From a virus (lineage: Duplodnaviria; Caudoviricetes), in the IMG/VR virus record IMGVR_UViG_3300037424_001944, positions 1 to 26,874 of that record: a stretch of DNA of 26,874 nt. The stretch is one strand, 5' to 3'. Below the pieces are notes generated by a model that had not been told where the DNA came from, did no database searches, and saw only the letters and a program-made list of their open reading frames with translations. The translations under genes and the position numbers were made by a program. This document shows, one piece after another, positions 16,526 to 24,716 of this stretch; within the stretch, counting starts at the first letter, position 1; each line of letters starts with the position of its first letter.

Positions 16526-16948
16526 CTACTTTCGGTTTCTTGGCTCCCGGTGCGCCGGGCAGTATCTCTGCCAGGGCACGACCGGGACGAATTGGATGGT
16601 GCAGCCTGGCTCGTCGCATTGCTTCGACTGTCCGAGTATCAGGCTCCCGGCCTGCACTCTGGCCGGGTCGGCCAGGACCTGCATCGGCTGGGCCTCCACG
16701 AATTCGGGTGGCCTGCCGTCGATGGCTGCGGCCAGGAGTTCTACGGCGTGGGCCAGGTGCTTGCTGGGCTGGATGGTTCCGGTCATGACTCCCTGGATGT
16801 ATCGCCAGGACCATGGCCGGTTTTTGTCCGCGATCCTGGACAGCCTGCGCGCCAGGCGTTCGAAGATCTTTACTTTCCCCGCGCGCGGCTGTAGGGCTTC
16901 CAGGATGTCGAACAGGCTTTGCAGGTCTTCTGATATGGCTTTGCTCAT
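16526..16948 (-). CDS. Putative HTH plus C-terminal Zn-finger DNA-binding protein
   Basis: 140 aa from MSKAISED; helical N-terminal half, then CDEPGC...QRYCPAH. Confidence 0.55.
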   Translation of the reverse strand: MSKAISEDLQSLFDILEALQPRAGKVKIFERLARRLSRIADKNRPWSWRYIQGVMTGTIQPSKHLAHAVELLAAAIDGRPPEFVEAQPMQVLADPARVQAGSLILGQSKQCDEPGCTIQFVPVVPWQRYCPAHREPRNRK

Positions 16949-16988
16949 GGCGCGATTTCTGACATACTTCTGACATCGTACAGGGCAC

Positions 16989-17333
16989 TTAGAACGGGGG
17001 TTCCATAAGCTGCGGGATGGCCTTTTTGACCTTCTCGAGTTCATCCGTAAAATCCTGCATCCACTGGCGGGATTTGTCTTTCAGGAACAAGCCGGCATCC
17101 GCATTCATCCGGTCGATGGTCATCCGCGCCTGGCGTACCAGTTTGATAAGCTGGGTATTCTCGATCCGGTAGCGGTCGTAGTTTTCGTGCAAGTCCTGGG
17201 TCAGTTCGCGCTCGGCTTCCCATTGGTCGAGGGCTTCGCTGAGGTCTGCGGTGTGGCCGGTGAGTGCGATAATCCGCTCGCTGATCTCTTTGCTGGCTTC
17301 GGGGGTGAAGACGTAAAGTATGGGCGTGGGCAT
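16989..17333 (-). CDS. Hypothetical coiled-coil protein
   Basis: 114 aa, helical and charged, operon packing. Confidence 0.65.
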   Translation of the reverse strand: MPTPILYVFTPEASKEISERIIALTGHTADLSEALDQWEAERELTQDLHENYDRYRIENTQLIKLVRQARMTIDRMNADAGLFLKDKSRQWMQDFTDELEKVKKAIPQLMEPPF

Positions 17334-17335
17334 GG

Positions 17336-17566
17336 CTATAACCTGCTTTCGACTTCCGTCCGGTCGTCGTCATAGAAGCGGTCTTTGAGCGGCTCCGGGT
17401 TTTGGCGGAGCTCTCTCTTTTTCTGCTCGTAGGTCTTTTTGTCGGTGTACAGCCAGCCTTGACCCTCCAGGCTGTAGACTTCTGCGTGGACGTCCTGCCG
17501 GGTGCCGGAGATCCTGAGTATGGCGTTCGAGCCGGGCTTGTACATGTGTATGGTGACGGTGTTCAT
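17336..17566 (-). CDS. Hypothetical protein
   Basis: 76 aa, GGAG RBS, ATGA overlap. Confidence 0.65.
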   Translation of the reverse strand: MNTVTIHMYKPGSNAILRISGTRQDVHAEVYSLEGQGWLYTDKKTYEQKKRELRQNPEPLKDRFYDDDRTEVESRL

Positions 17567-17934
17567 GGCTCACACTCCGTTACTGTCAGATAGTCCGAAT
17601 TGACGTAGCCGGTCATCCGTGCCTGGCGTCCCTGATCGTCGATGCCGGCGCCGTTGATCTTCCACCAGTCGCCGGAATCATCCAGGATTTTGAGTGTTGT
17701 ATCTTCGGTCACCCACCCCATGGCTTGGGCGTGCTCGTTGGGCCCGTAGCGGACGTGCAGCGAGTCGGTGTTGACGGTGGCGCAGGTGGTGGACCGTACC
17801 GCCGTTGATAGTGGTGCTGCCGGCGGGATCGTTGTTTTTGTCGGTGCCGGATCTGCTGGGGGTTCGAAGCCTGCCACTGGCGCCAGGCAGGCGAGCAAGA
17901 AGATGAAAGGTAGGATCGTGAGTATTTTTCTCAT
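17563..17934 (-). CDS. SH3b-domain lipoprotein
   Basis: Signal peptide with lipobox-like LLAC, Pro/Thr linker, then SH3b pattern VNTDSLHVRYGP...GDWWKI...GYVNSDYL. Confidence 0.8.
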   Translation of the reverse strand: MRKILTILPFIFLLACLAPVAGFEPPADPAPTKTTIPPAAPLSTAVRSTTCATVNTDSLHVRYGPNEHAQAMGWVTEDTTLKILDDSGDWWKINGAGIDDQGRQARMTGYVNSDYLTVTECEP

Positions 17935-18581
17935 TTGAACTTTTCTCCCGTTTTGAATGGCTCCGCACCGTCTGCTTTCAGGTACTCGTCCATGTAAGAA
18001 ACCTTTTGCGCGCTGCTTGGTGGTGGTAGTGGCTGGTCCCAGTTGTTCTCTATGCGGTAGATGGCGGTGCCGATCAGGTTGCCTTCGAGGCGCGCGGTCT
18101 GGGTGTGGGCATAGATGTATTCGGGGGTCACGTGTGGTAAGTCGGCCAGGATGCTGGCTTTGGGTTCCCGGATTTTGGACGTTAGACAGGCTACTAAATT
18201 GGACTCAAATAGCGGATTAATCCGGAATTTCTCCGACTCTTCTTGTTGTTCTTCACTATAAATCTCCACTGATTCTTTAATTAAAGAAGAAGAAGAATCG
18301 GAATTATTCCGACTTAATTGGACAAAGGTGTCCGAATTACCGGAGAAGCCTAGTTTAAGTTGGGTGCCTTTGGCGATCATCCAGCCGCTGCGCGTGTTGG
18401 TGATCATGTCGTATTCTTTGAGCAAGATTAGCGCGCTGGCGACGGTCTTGTCTGTGTAACCTGTCACGCTTGCCAGCCAGCCGTTTGTGACGGCCTGGCC
18501 AGACCAGGTGACGGCTAAGAGCACGGAGAGCGGCGCGCCTTTGAGCATGCGCAAAAGTTTGATCGGGTTTTCGTATTGCAT
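17931..18581 (-). CDS. Winged-HTH replication initiator (lambda O/DnaD-like architecture)
   Basis: 216 aa. N-terminal wHTH (WLASVTGYTDKTVASALILLKEYDMI), Ser-rich linker whose DNA contains iteron-like repeats, and a C-terminal helical domain. Confidence 0.65.
   Translation of the reverse strand: MQYENPIKLLRMLKGAPLSVLLAVTWSGQAVTNGWLASVTGYTDKTVASALILLKEYDMITNTRSGWMIAKGTQLKLGFSGNSDTFVQLSRNNSDSSSSLIKESVEIYSEEQQEESEKFRINPLFESNLVACLTSKIREPKASILADLPHVTPEYIYAHTQTARLEGNLIGTAIYRIENNWDQPLPPPSSAQKVSYMDEYLKADGAEPFKTGEKFK
18223..18344. other. Putative replication origin (iterons plus AT-rich palindrome) inside the initiator gene
   Basis: cggaatttctccgact (18223-18238), cggaattattccgact (18299-18314), tccgaattaccgga (18331-18344), and palindrome ttctttaattaaagaa (18273-18288). 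Confidence 0.55.
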
Positions 18582-18596
18582 AGTAGGGTCTCCCGT

Positions 18597-18692
18597 TTAG
18601 TGGCCGGTGTTTGCCAGGATGATGAGAAAGATCAGGCAAGCCAGGCCAAAGAATAAGATGGCTGCGGTAAGTTGTTCTTTTTTGATTTCCAC
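18597..18692 (-). CDS. 31-aa single-TM peptide (MEIKKEQLTAAILFFGLACLIFLIILANTGH)
   Basis: Translated by hand; AAAGGAG RBS before the GTG. Confidence 0.55.
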   Translation of the reverse strand: MEIKKEQLTAAILFFGLACLIFLIILANTGH

Positions 18693-18788
18693 GCTGTCTC
18701 CTTTGTTTGGCCGTGGAGGGCGGCCACGGAACCGCCCTCCAGAGGGCCTACATGCGATTCTGTGTTCACGGTCAAAGCGTGAACACGA

Positions 18789-18941
18789 TCACTCTAATTC
18801 GACCTGCGCATCACGTTCGGCCTTTCGCAGCCTGTAAGCCATAGTTTTGTGGCTTGGGGTGCAGTAGCGTTGTGTCATGGATTCGGTCTCGAAAGGCATC
18901 ATGCAGTATTGGCAGGTCCAGGTATAGATCTTGGTCTTTAT
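18789..18941 (-). CDS. Small Zn-finger protein (CQYC...QRYCTPSH), apparent ATA start
   Basis: The protein-like part begins exactly at an ATAA overlap with the upstream stop. Confidence 0.45.
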   Translation of the reverse strand: MKTKIYTWTCQYCMMPFETESMTQRYCTPSHKTMAYRLRKAERDAQVELE

Positions 18942-19912
18942 TCTTTGCTTTCGCCTGCCGGGTGCGCTGGCATGTTCTCCGGCAGTTGGATCGGGCCTGT
19001 CGATTCGACTTTCGCTGGCTGGCCGGTCGCGTTCAGGATATGCTCGCATGGCTCCGGGTTGGTCCAGGGCTTGCCCTCGTGAAAGCATTGCAGGCAGAAG
19101 ATCTTGCGCCGGTTGCCCTGTTCGTCCACGGTCCAGACCGATGCCGGGTTCTGATTGGTGGGGATGGTTTGTGGTGCTGGCTTCGGCGCTGGCCGGAATG
19201 GGTTTCGTAAACGGCTCATCGCTTTGTCGAAAAAACCGGTTGCGGCCTCCTTCTTCTCTACGGTAGGCGGCTGCTGTGCTCCCGGCCAGTTAGGGGCGGG
19301 CACGGCGCGATTGTCGCCGGTCAGATAGCGACCGGCAGCCGAATAGACCTGCTCGGTTACATCGGCCATGATCGCGCTGCGTAGAATGGGGGCGAGGTCG
19401 TTTATCATCTCCTGGCGTGCGCCGGGAGTATTGAGTTGTTTATAGGCTGCGTCGGCGGTCTCGTCGACTAAGTCGCGGGCTTTGGAAGTGGCTTCGGCTT
19501 GGGGGTCGAATAGTTTGAAGAAGTAGACGGCCACGATATTCAAGCCGACTGCGGCTACGGATGCAATCACGAATGTTTGCATTTCAGACTCGGACATCTT
19601 GAGTAACTGATTCTCGGCGGATACGCGGACTGTGTCCGCGTAGACTAGGATGAGCTCTGCGCAAAGATCAACGATGCCCATACCAAAAGCGATTCCGCGT
19701 TGCTTGGCTCCTTCGGCGTAGGTGAGCAAGACGAATAACCAGACCAGTGCACCGATGCCGGTGGCAAGCAGATATAGGTAGCCGAGAATTTGGCGATCTG
19801 CACTCATAGTGTTCTGGACAAAAGACAAGGTTCGGCTTGCTGCGTAAAGCAGTAATCCGGCACCTAGGCCATAGAAGGCGATTTGTGCAAGAAATTTAGT
19901 TTTGCGATTCAT
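18938..19912 (-). CDS. Multi-pass membrane protein with helical region and C-terminal Cys/His knuckle
   Basis: 324 aa, about 4 N-terminal TM segments, Pro-rich linker, CLQC...CEH; strong RBS. Confidence 0.75.
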   Translation of the reverse strand: MNRKTKFLAQIAFYGLGAGLLLYAASRTLSFVQNTMSADRQILGYLYLLATGIGALVWLFVLLTYAEGAKQRGIAFGMGIVDLCAELILVYADTVRVSAENQLLKMSESEMQTFVIASVAAVGLNIVAVYFFKLFDPQAEATSKARDLVDETADAAYKQLNTPGARQEMINDLAPILRSAIMADVTEQVYSAAGRYLTGDNRAVPAPNWPGAQQPPTVEKKEAATGFFDKAMSRLRNPFRPAPKPAPQTIPTNQNPASVWTVDEQGNRRKIFCLQCFHEGKPWTNPEPCEHILNATGQPAKVESTGPIQLPENMPAHPAGESKE

Positions 19913-20228
19913 TTGGTAGGGTCTCCTTTACGCCCCGCTCTTTAGCCCCGCCGCAGTAGGGCGGGGTAGTAGCGGGGTGGGTAATCAGATTGAATATGGA
20001 TATGGGGACCGGCTTGCGCTGGGAGCCGGGACTCCCGGCGAGCACGATCTCTTTCGCCTGGACCAGTTTTTTGTAGTAATAAAAAACGGTATCCGAACTG
20101 GGGATATTGGTCCGCCGCATGATGTAGCGGATAGTGGGGGGCACGCCGTACCGGGCGTAGTGTCTTTGCACGGCTGCGAGTACGGCGCTTTCACGGGGGT
20201 TCATCGTTTCAAAAGACCTCCTAATCAA
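19896..20228 (-). CDS. LexA-type N-terminal winged-HTH regulator lacking the S24 peptidase domain
   Basis: RESAVLAAVQRHYARYGVPPTIRYIMRRTNIPSSDTVFYYYKKL matches the LexA DNA-binding pattern (G.PPT.REI...S..TV...L..L). Start may be the internal MNPRE. Confidence 0.7.
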   Translation of the reverse strand: MIRRSFETMNPRESAVLAAVQRHYARYGVPPTIRYIMRRTNIPSSDTVFYYYKKLVQAKEIVLAGSPGSQRKPVPISIFNLITHPATTPPYCGGAKERGVKETLPNESQN

Positions 20229-20466
20229 TCTCGATCTGGTAGTAGCCGCTGCCCAGGTTTTCGCTGCGCTGGTTGCTGGGCTGGCTGTTGTCGTGGACGT
20301 TGCTCACGTGGCCGCCTGCCGCGCCATAGTCATGGGTGACGGTGGCGGTCGCCTGGCCGGTGGGGTGCTCAACGGTTATCGTTTGGCCTACGTTGAGCGG
20401 GGTATGGGTGTAGATATTGGTCTGTGTGCCCGGTTCAGGCACGGTACGAGAGAAGATATTAGCCAT
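20221..20466 (-). CDS. Hypothetical protein
   Basis: 81 aa, AAAAGGAG RBS, first gene of the leftward operon. Confidence 0.65.
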   Translation of the reverse strand: MANIFSRTVPEPGTQTNIYTHTPLNVGQTITVEHPTGQATATVTHDYGAAGGHVSNVHDNSQPSNQRSENLGSGYYQIEID

Positions 20467-20636
20467 GTGGTAGGGACTCCTTTTGGGGTAGAATTGAGAT
20501 GCAGTCGCCCGCTGGTCTCCTGTGGTAGGGACTCCCCAGCGGGTGACTGCGCGTTAGGTCGCCGCGTTCCCGGCGCGGCCTTCTGTTATCAGGCTTGGGG
20601 GTCGTCCGAGCCTGGGATAACCAATGGAGAAAAAAA

Positions 20637-21461
20637 ATGAAAACGGATGTGGGTGAGTTTCTGGCTTCGTATCCTTATAGCGAAGCCACGAAAGACGCGT
20701 ATCGTCGCGTCTTTGCCCGGTTGCTTGCCGGTCGAGACCTGGGTGGTCTGACGGCTGCCGGGCTGGTGGAATTGGTACAGTCTCAGGGATGGGGGAATAG
20801 CCAGCAATGTCTTGCGCTGGCGGCTTGCCGGAAGTTCTTATGCTGGCGCTATGGTCAGAGTCATGCGGCTTTGTCGGCCAGGATCAAGTCCCAGCGCCCG
20901 AAGCACCAGCGGGTGCTTACTCCCGAAAAGGCGCTCGAGCTTTTGATGTGGTTTGATGCGTCGAAGGCGAAGGGGGCGCGGGATCTGGCGCTGGCGGCAA
21001 CGTTGTTGGATACGGGCCTGCGTGTGTCTGAGGTCTGCCGCTTACAGTTGGCCGATACGGATCTTGACCGGCGCGTGCTTCAAGTGGTTGTGAAAGGTGG
21101 ACAGTGGGGGATTGGGGTATTCTCCGACCAGACTGCTGAATATATATCGGCCTGGCTCGCCCTTCGCCGGGCGAAGCTGGGCGAAGGGGCGTTGTTTGTG
21201 AGTACACGCTCTGGCTGTCATTTGACAAGGGAAGGCTTGCAGAGTATTGTCAAACAATGGGGTCGGGCTATAGGTATCAAGCTCTCTCCCCACGATTTCC
21301 GGCGGTCCTATGCTACAATCGCAACGGTGTTCGGCGCTCCCAGCCGGTTGATCCAGCTTGGAGGGCGTTGGTCGTCGATAGGGATGGTCGAACGTTATAC
21401 ACAGTCAGTTAGCCCGGAAGCTATCCGGCCCTACTTGCCGGTCAAAAACTTGACTGCATAA
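20637..21461 (+). CDS. int: Tyrosine recombinase / phage integrase
   Basis: 274 aa from MKTDVGEF with GGAG RBS; catalytic R (TGLRVSE), K (VKGG), HxxR (HDFRR), W (GRW) and Y (ERY). Confidence 0.92.
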   Translation: MKTDVGEFLASYPYSEATKDAYRRVFARLLAGRDLGGLTAAGLVELVQSQGWGNSQQCLALAACRKFLCWRYGQSHAALSARIKSQRPKHQRVLTPEKALELLMWFDASKAKGARDLALAATLLDTGLRVSEVCRLQLADTDLDRRVLQVVVKGGQWGIGVFSDQTAEYISAWLALRRAKLGEGALFVSTRSGCHLTREGLQSIVKQWGRAIGIKLSPHDFRRSYATIATVFGAPSRLIQLGGRWSSIGMVERYTQSVSPEAIRPYLPVKNLTA

Positions 21462-21467
21462 GAAGAT

Positions 21468-21497
21468 GTTGAGGGTTCGAAACCCTTCGCCCACCCC
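21468..21497 (+). other. attP core: 3' end (T-arm plus acceptor strand) of a tRNA, most like tRNA-His
   Basis: gtt-gaggg-ttcgaaa-ccctt-cgcccac-ccc starts 7 nt after the integrase stop. T-loop TTCGAAA and the ...CACCCC ending are typical of bacterial tRNA-His. No 5' half is present. Confidence 0.75.
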
Positions 21498-21699
21498 TGA
21501 GCTAGATTGTTAAGGTGCTGACTCACCTTACGTCTGGCCTGATGTAGAAGCGGGTCGCTGGCTAGAGCGGCCTGCTTCGCGTTTAAATCAAGACCAGAAT
21601 AAACTGAGAATGATGGCGGCCACGGCTGCAACGAATAACCAGTCTGCCCACGAAGCGGGGCGGCTGGTCCCTTTTAGAAGGGACTTCCAGATACTGGCT

Positions 21700-21927
21700 T
21701 TAATTGCTCTGCGGGAGCGTATCGGGATCAAGGGGGCCTGTCTTTCGTTTCTCTTTGATGGCTTCGATGTCGGGGCGGGGAATGCGATAGGGGGAGTTCA
21801 GCCCGTCGGGGTCGAGCTTGTAGGCGTTCGGGAACTTCCCTTGCTTGACCCATAGTTGGAGTGTTCGATAGGATACCCCCAGTTCTTCGGCGGCTTCCAA
21901 GGTGGATAAATGTTCTACTTGGTTCAT
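21700..21927 (-). CDS. Excisionase-like MerR-type HTH protein
   Basis: 75 aa, LSTLEAAEELGVSYRTLQLWVKQGKFP...YRIP; convergent on int/attP. Confidence 0.8.
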   Translation of the reverse strand: MNQVEHLSTLEAAEELGVSYRTLQLWVKQGKFPNAYKLDPDGLNSPYRIPRPDIEAIKEKRKTGPLDPDTLPQSN

Positions 21928-21933
21928 GCCCGT

Positions 21934-21961
21934 ATTATACGCAATGTGCGCAATGTGTCAA
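21934..21961 (-). promoter_or_regulatory. Consensus sigma70 promoter with tandem operator repeats
   Basis: TTGACA-N16-TATAAT, with CACATTGCG twice in tandem; ATG follows 6 nt after the -10. Confidence 0.8.
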
Positions 21962-22090
21962 GGTTTTTTTGGATGTTCCGCCGCCCGCCGCAAGGCTAGG
22001 GGCGGTGCGGCGCTGCCCATGTTCTTCGCCGCTAGGGGTGGGCGGCGATTGGGCAGGCTCGCCGGTTATGGCGGTATCCGATCGGAAATA

Positions 22091-22122
22091 AAAGAGCGGT
22101 GTCTTCGAAGACATCGCTCTTT
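22091..22122. terminator. Probably bidirectional intrinsic terminator
   Basis: aaagagcggtgtct-tcga-agacatcgctcttt with A/T tracts on both sides, after 22143..22544. Confidence 0.7.
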
Positions 22123-22142
22123 CTGGTGGTAGGATCCAGATT

Positions 22143-22544
22143 TTATTCCTGGACCTTCTGCGGGTCGATCCTGAGCACGGCCTTACCTTTGTGCTCTCCG
22201 ACCTGGATCTTGATCTTCTTTCCGACCAGCTCGCCGACTGTCTGCGCGCCGGTGGAAGCCTTCAGGCTTTCCACGTCCACGGCGGCGGACAGCAGATATC
22301 CGCGTGGGAATTCTGCGCCGGATTTGGTCTTGAAGTACAAAACGGGCTGGACCTTTACGGCTGGCTTGTGTGTGTGCGGGTCGATGTCGCGGGGATTGGG
22401 TACGGTCTCCTCCTGGGTCATGCGTGAGATTTCTACGGTCACGGCCTGGACCTTCCAGCGTTCCAGCAGGTCGGTCACCTTCAGGAAGCGGGCGGGGTGT
22501 AGGTCGTCAAGCAGGGTATCGGGTTTGATGGGTTGGGCGGTCAT
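22143..22544 (-). CDS. Conserved phage protein, possible OB-fold ssDNA-binding protein
   Basis: 133 aa with the pattern FLKVTDL...VTVEI...PVLYF...VGKKIKI...VLRI; function inferred. Confidence 0.55.
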   Translation of the reverse strand: MTAQPIKPDTLLDDLHPARFLKVTDLLERWKVQAVTVEISRMTQEETVPNPRDIDPHTHKPAVKVQPVLYFKTKSGAEFPRGYLLSAAVDVESLKASTGAQTVGELVGKKIKIQVGEHKGKAVLRIDPQKVQE

Positions 22545-22777
22545 TGGGTTATCTCCTGTGATTTTCCCGCAGGGACGCCGCCTGCGGGACGGTGCAAATA
22601 AGCTTCTTCGTCGCGGGCAGCCTGGGCGTCTAGTTCTGCGACGGCCAGGTCTGCGGCGGTGCGGGCTTCCTCGGGCGAGTCGTAAATTTCTTGACTGCGT
22701 TGGAGGATGCGCCCGAATTCGTTTTTGACTTCGAAGTAGTACTTCTTGTGCATAAATATAGTGTGGTAGTGGGTCAT
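22541..22777 (-). CDS. Small protein, YegP/DUF1508-like
   Basis: YYFEVKNEFGRILQRSQEIYDSPEEA resembles the YegP fold pattern. Confidence 0.5.
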   Translation of the reverse strand: MTHYHTIFMHKKYYFEVKNEFGRILQRSQEIYDSPEEARTAADLAVAELDAQAARDEEAYLHRPAGGVPAGKSQEITQ

Positions 22778-22780
22778 GGG

Positions 22781-23305
22781 CTATTTTCCTTCCAGTGATT
22801 TAAGGATAGTCAAGACTTGTTGGGTGGTCAATTCCCTTATGGTTACGTCGACTCTCTCGCCTGTGATGTCGACCTTTGCGCCGTCTCTCCACAGTACCGA
22901 ATGAGTGTTATTTTCCACGTGGGTGATGTGGTCAAAACCCGCCTTCTCGAATGGTTCAACGGCGGCGCGATGGGCGGCGATGTCCGCCATACACTTGTTG
23001 TGATACTCCATATTTTTGATATGGAATTCGCGCGCCTCGGATAGCATCCGGTTCTGGATGTCACGCGCGATGTCTTTTGGCGCGCGGTTGGGGTTGCATG
23101 TGATGGTATTCGAATTGAAGTATGAGCGGATTCCTTTCGGCGTTCCTGGGGAGATAGCCAGCCGGGCGGGTCTCGGCCATTCTCTCAGGTAGCAATGGAT
23201 GTAAGCGGTCTCGCCTTCAAGCGTTGCGCCGTCTTCGGAGAGTTTGAATAACTCGCCGGTCAAGATGGTAAGTTCTACGGTGATTTCGGTTAGGTTGGGT
23301 GTCAT
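22781..23305 (-). CDS. Hypothetical protein (174 aa)
   Basis: Start re-placed at MTPNLTE with AAAGG RBS, which avoids overlap with the J-domain gene. Confidence 0.65.
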   Translation of the reverse strand: MTPNLTEITVELTILTGELFKLSEDGATLEGETAYIHCYLREWPRPARLAISPGTPKGIRSYFNSNTITCNPNRAPKDIARDIQNRMLSEAREFHIKNMEYHNKCMADIAAHRAAVEPFEKAGFDHITHVENNTHSVLWRDGAKVDITGERVDVTIRELTTQQVLTILKSLEGK

Positions 23306-23367
23306 GTTGTGTGCCTTTCTGCCTTGTGCATGGGCTACGGTTGCCCATGCACAAGGCGGGGGATTGG

Positions 23368-23904
23368 TTAGGCGTTCAAGAGTTCCGAATCTTCGTGCAT
23401 CGGCTGGCGCGCGCTGCGGGTGAATGTTCGACTCCCGTGCATATTGCGGATCTCGTCCAGGCTGCGCTTTTCGCGGTTGAAGCTCGGCACGCCTGCAAAG
23501 AACCAGGCTTCTTTTTCTCTTGCCCATTTAAAACTCTGCTCTTTGATGGCTTCCTTGTTGACTTTTGTCTCGCCGGTCAGCCAGACCCAAAGCCCGCATA
23601 ACTCCACGTTTACGCCTTCGAGATTTAAGGCGAATTCGATTTTTACTCGTAGTGTTTCGATTACCTCGTCCAGGTCATGATAATCGGCGGCGGTTTTCTT
23701 GCCTTCGTCGTGAGCTTTCGCCTGGCGGGTGCGTTGGCTGCCGCGTTCCAGTTCGGTGAGAAGTTGGGCGTACTCTGCGTTGATCATCTGCATGGCTTCG
23801 ACGGTTCCGCCCATGTCGGGGTGGTGCTCGCGGGCAAGCTTGCGGTATAGGCTCTTGGCTTCTTCCGCGCTGGTGGGGGTGGGGGTGAAGTATTGGTAAT
23901 TCAT
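23368..23904 (-). CDS. J-domain (DnaJ-like) protein
   Basis: AKSLYRKLAREHHPDMGG...MQMINAEY carries the HPD motif; C-terminal domain ELCGLWVW...FKWAREKEAWFF. Confidence 0.88.
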   Translation of the reverse strand: MNYQYFTPTPTSAEEAKSLYRKLAREHHPDMGGTVEAMQMINAEYAQLLTELERGSQRTRQAKAHDEGKKTAADYHDLDEVIETLRVKIEFALNLEGVNVELCGLWVWLTGETKVNKEAIKEQSFKWAREKEAWFFAGVPSFNREKRSLDEIRNMHGSRTFTRSARQPMHEDSELLNA

Positions 23905-24095
23905 GGTAGGGACTCCTTTTTATCTTCCGGTTGCATCCGGGCATTTAAATCATCTACTTTGTTTTGCTGGAAGTGGTCGCGGATCTGATCTAGTGTGGCG
24001 CTGAAACTGGCGAGCGCTTCACGCAGGTCGAGTCGGGCCTTTATGCTGGCTTCGATTTCCTCGTTTATCTGGTCGTGTAAGGTTTTCTTAGGCAT
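23901..24095 (-). CDS. Small coiled-coil protein (64 aa, MPKKTLHDQ...)
   Basis: Overlaps both neighbours in operon fashion. Confidence 0.55.
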   Translation of the reverse strand: MPKKTLHDQINEEIEASIKARLDLREALASFSATLDQIRDHFQQNKVDDLNARMQPEDKKESLP

Positions 24096-24426
24096 AGCCA
24101 AGTTCCCCCATGATGACGGCCTGGTCCACCCTGCGTGCTTGCGCTGCCGGGCGGGTCCGGGCTTCCACAAAAAGCCAGACGGCCAGCCGGTGCTTACACA
24201 CGTGCCCTTTATGCGAGTCGGGGCAGGTGCAGGACTTGGATTTTGTGTTGACGTGATACCAGCCATTCCCGGCGCTATTGCGGACATCGAATTCACCCGC
24301 GTTACATCGGGCGTTGTAAATCATGCCTGGGCGGGCGGCAATTTCTACCGCTCGCTCTAAGCGGGCAGGATCTAGGGCGGGCCATTTGGTAAGGGCTTCC
24401 TGGGCTAAGGTTTTGAAGGTGCTCAC
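24088..24426 (-). CDS. SWIM zinc-finger protein
   Basis: YHV...SCTCPD...VCKH(RLAV) is the CxC-n-CxH SWIM motif; GAGG RBS. Confidence 0.85.
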   Translation of the reverse strand: MSTFKTLAQEALTKWPALDPARLERAVEIAARPGMIYNARCNAGEFDVRNSAGNGWYHVNTKSKSCTCPDSHKGHVCKHRLAVWLFVEARTRPAAQARRVDQAVIMGELGYA

Positions 24427-24716
24427 AATTGCACCTCGCTGTAAACCGAAGCGGGCAGGCTCTCAAGCAGCCAGGGCGTAGCGGTGCGGGGACTGCCGAA
24501 GGATTCGAGCACCTCGCCAGTAAAGCCATATTGCAGGCTCACATTTCTGATGTGCTTGAAATCAACGACCAGTGACGCAAGAGAATTGCGCGGCGTGATT
24601 ATGGCCGTTTGGCTGGCTGCATAGGCCTCTTCGATTCTGCCTTCGTGCCAGCCGTTTGACCAAAACCAGCAGGACAGGATGATAGGGGCGGATGTGGGGT
24701 TATCGGGGGGGAACAT
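24423..24716 (-). CDS. Hypothetical protein (97 aa, MFPPDNP...)
   Basis: AAAAGGAG RBS; GTGA overlap with the SWIM gene. Confidence 0.65.
   Translation of the reverse strand: MFPPDNPTSAPIILSCWFWSNGWHEGRIEEAYAASQTAIITPRNSLASLVVDFKHIRNVSLQYGFTGEVLESFGSPRTATPWLLESLPASVYSEVQL

Noticed and set aside
20501-20560. attC-like hairpin next to GTTAGGT
   Set aside because: No matching partner R box on the other side of the stem.
20637-21461. Integrase as an integron integrase (IntI) serving the attC sites
   Set aside because: It lacks the IntI-specific insertion between the catalytic Lys region and the LF patch, lies about 5 kb from the attCs, and has its own tRNA-type attP.
21440-21500. Complete tRNA gene
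   Set aside because: Only the T-arm and 3' acceptor strand are present; the upstream sequence is integrase coding sequence with no D-arm or anticodon arm.
23321-23373. Third attC (GCCTAAC at the J-domain stop plus a 15-bp hairpin)
   Set aside because: No GTTRRRY R' box and the stem is perfect with no extrahelical bases; more likely an intergenic RNA hairpin.
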